Of a stretch of DNA of 64,000 bases, positions 63,313 through 64,000 are shown piece by piece. Origin of the DNA: an uncultured Planctomycetota bacterium (GTDB lineage Bacteria > Planctomycetota > Planctomycetia > Isosphaerales > Isosphaeraceae); assembly GCA_963823665.1 (NCBI GenBank), contig CAWGMQ010000003.1, positions 1,088,001 to 1,152,000 of the forward strand. Direction: 5' to 3'. Every line of letters begins with the position of its first letter. Within the stretch, counting starts at the first letter, position 1. The position numbers were made by a program, and so were the translations under genes. The notes under the pieces were generated by a model. It saw only the letters and a list, made by a program, of their open reading frames with translations. It was not told where the DNA came from and did not search any database.

Positions 63313-64000
63313 CGCAATTGAACTCCTACTTCGAAGTCACCCGACGGGAAGCTGCCCGCCGTGGGCATGATTGGGCCGCACCCGCTCCGCCAGCCGCCGG
63401 CTATTTGTCGTTCGCTCGGAAACTCCCAGCGAGTTGGGGGGCGCGGCCCAACAGCGCGGTGCGCACCGAGTCGCCGTACCGTTCGATCCACCCCCTGGGT
63501 CACGGTCGTCCGGTCATCAGAGACAATGGGCATTATCTCATTCGGGTCGGACGCGACGTCATCAGTCTGTCTGACTACTCGAGTTTCAAGCTATCGATTA
63601 TAGCCCGACGTCCTGGCGCTTGGCGAAGAAAATTGCACCGATTTCGCTTCCCGATTTCTGCCACTCACGATTGCCCTCGCTTAGCCAATTGGAGGCGACT
63701 GATCGGGTGCGTCGGAGGTTTATTCCCGAGCTCCGGTCTGCTATCCGGCCCGTTTCGCATTTACCCGCGAAGGGCGCCCTTGCAGGACATCGCCGGCGCG
63801 AGCCGGCCGTTCGGAGTCTGCCTGATCCGCGTACCTCTTTCACAGGATCCCGATCATGTTGCGTGACATCCGCTTCCGCTGGACCGCCCGTCGAGCGTCG
63901 GCCGCCCCGAAGACCCATCGGCGTGCCCGCCCCTCGGCCGAGGCTCTCGAAGGCCGCCAGCTTCTCTCCACCTTTACCGTGACGAGCACCGCCGACAGCG

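Noticed and set aside
63309..64000. ECF sigma gene expected upstream of the kinase
   Set aside because: Only a short HGGQLPVG* stretch is vaguely tail-like; no sigma region 2 or 4 motifs in any frame.
1..64000. CRISPR array, rRNA, prophage or integrase
   Set aside because: No regularly spaced repeat-spacer array, rRNA-like sequence, phage structural gene or recombinase motif was recognised.

Overview
High-GC chromosomal window, most likely from a Planctomycete (Isosphaeraceae-like). The assignment rests on an LExRxLLS-type S8 protease leader, 'RRFLRFSxRxL' membrane-anchored LRR proteins, Ser/Thr kinase-TPR proteins with an FPADPF tail and many TPR-sulfotransferases. From 1 to 7.6 kb is an accessory block abutting the 3' end of tRNA-Asp(GTC). 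It holds a TPR-sulfotransferase, a low-GC TIR-like + RyR-domain gene pair, a decayed PIN toxin-antitoxin pair, three tandem LRR paralogs and a 5'-truncated Uma2 gene. From 7.8 to 16.3 kb is the most striking locus: an ECF sigma factor divergent from two tandem double-glycine precursor peptides with short Pro/Gly-rich cores. These are followed by an NHLM-type HlyD and one 1812-aa fusion of the two NHLM ABC transporters, with no modifying enzyme nearby. Next come sugar-nucleotide genes, an IS1182-family element inserted in the loop of a REP-like hairpin, and a toxin-first RelE/Phd pair. A mostly housekeeping stretch follows (acyP, kdsB, cysE, moxR, lgt, panC) with many single-base frameshifts that are probably sequencing errors. 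The right end has two more TPR-sulfotransferases, a GT-C glycosyltransferase, two kinase-TPR proteins and a catalytically degenerate P1B-type ATPase cluster. All product calls come from motif recognition by eye; no database searches were run.
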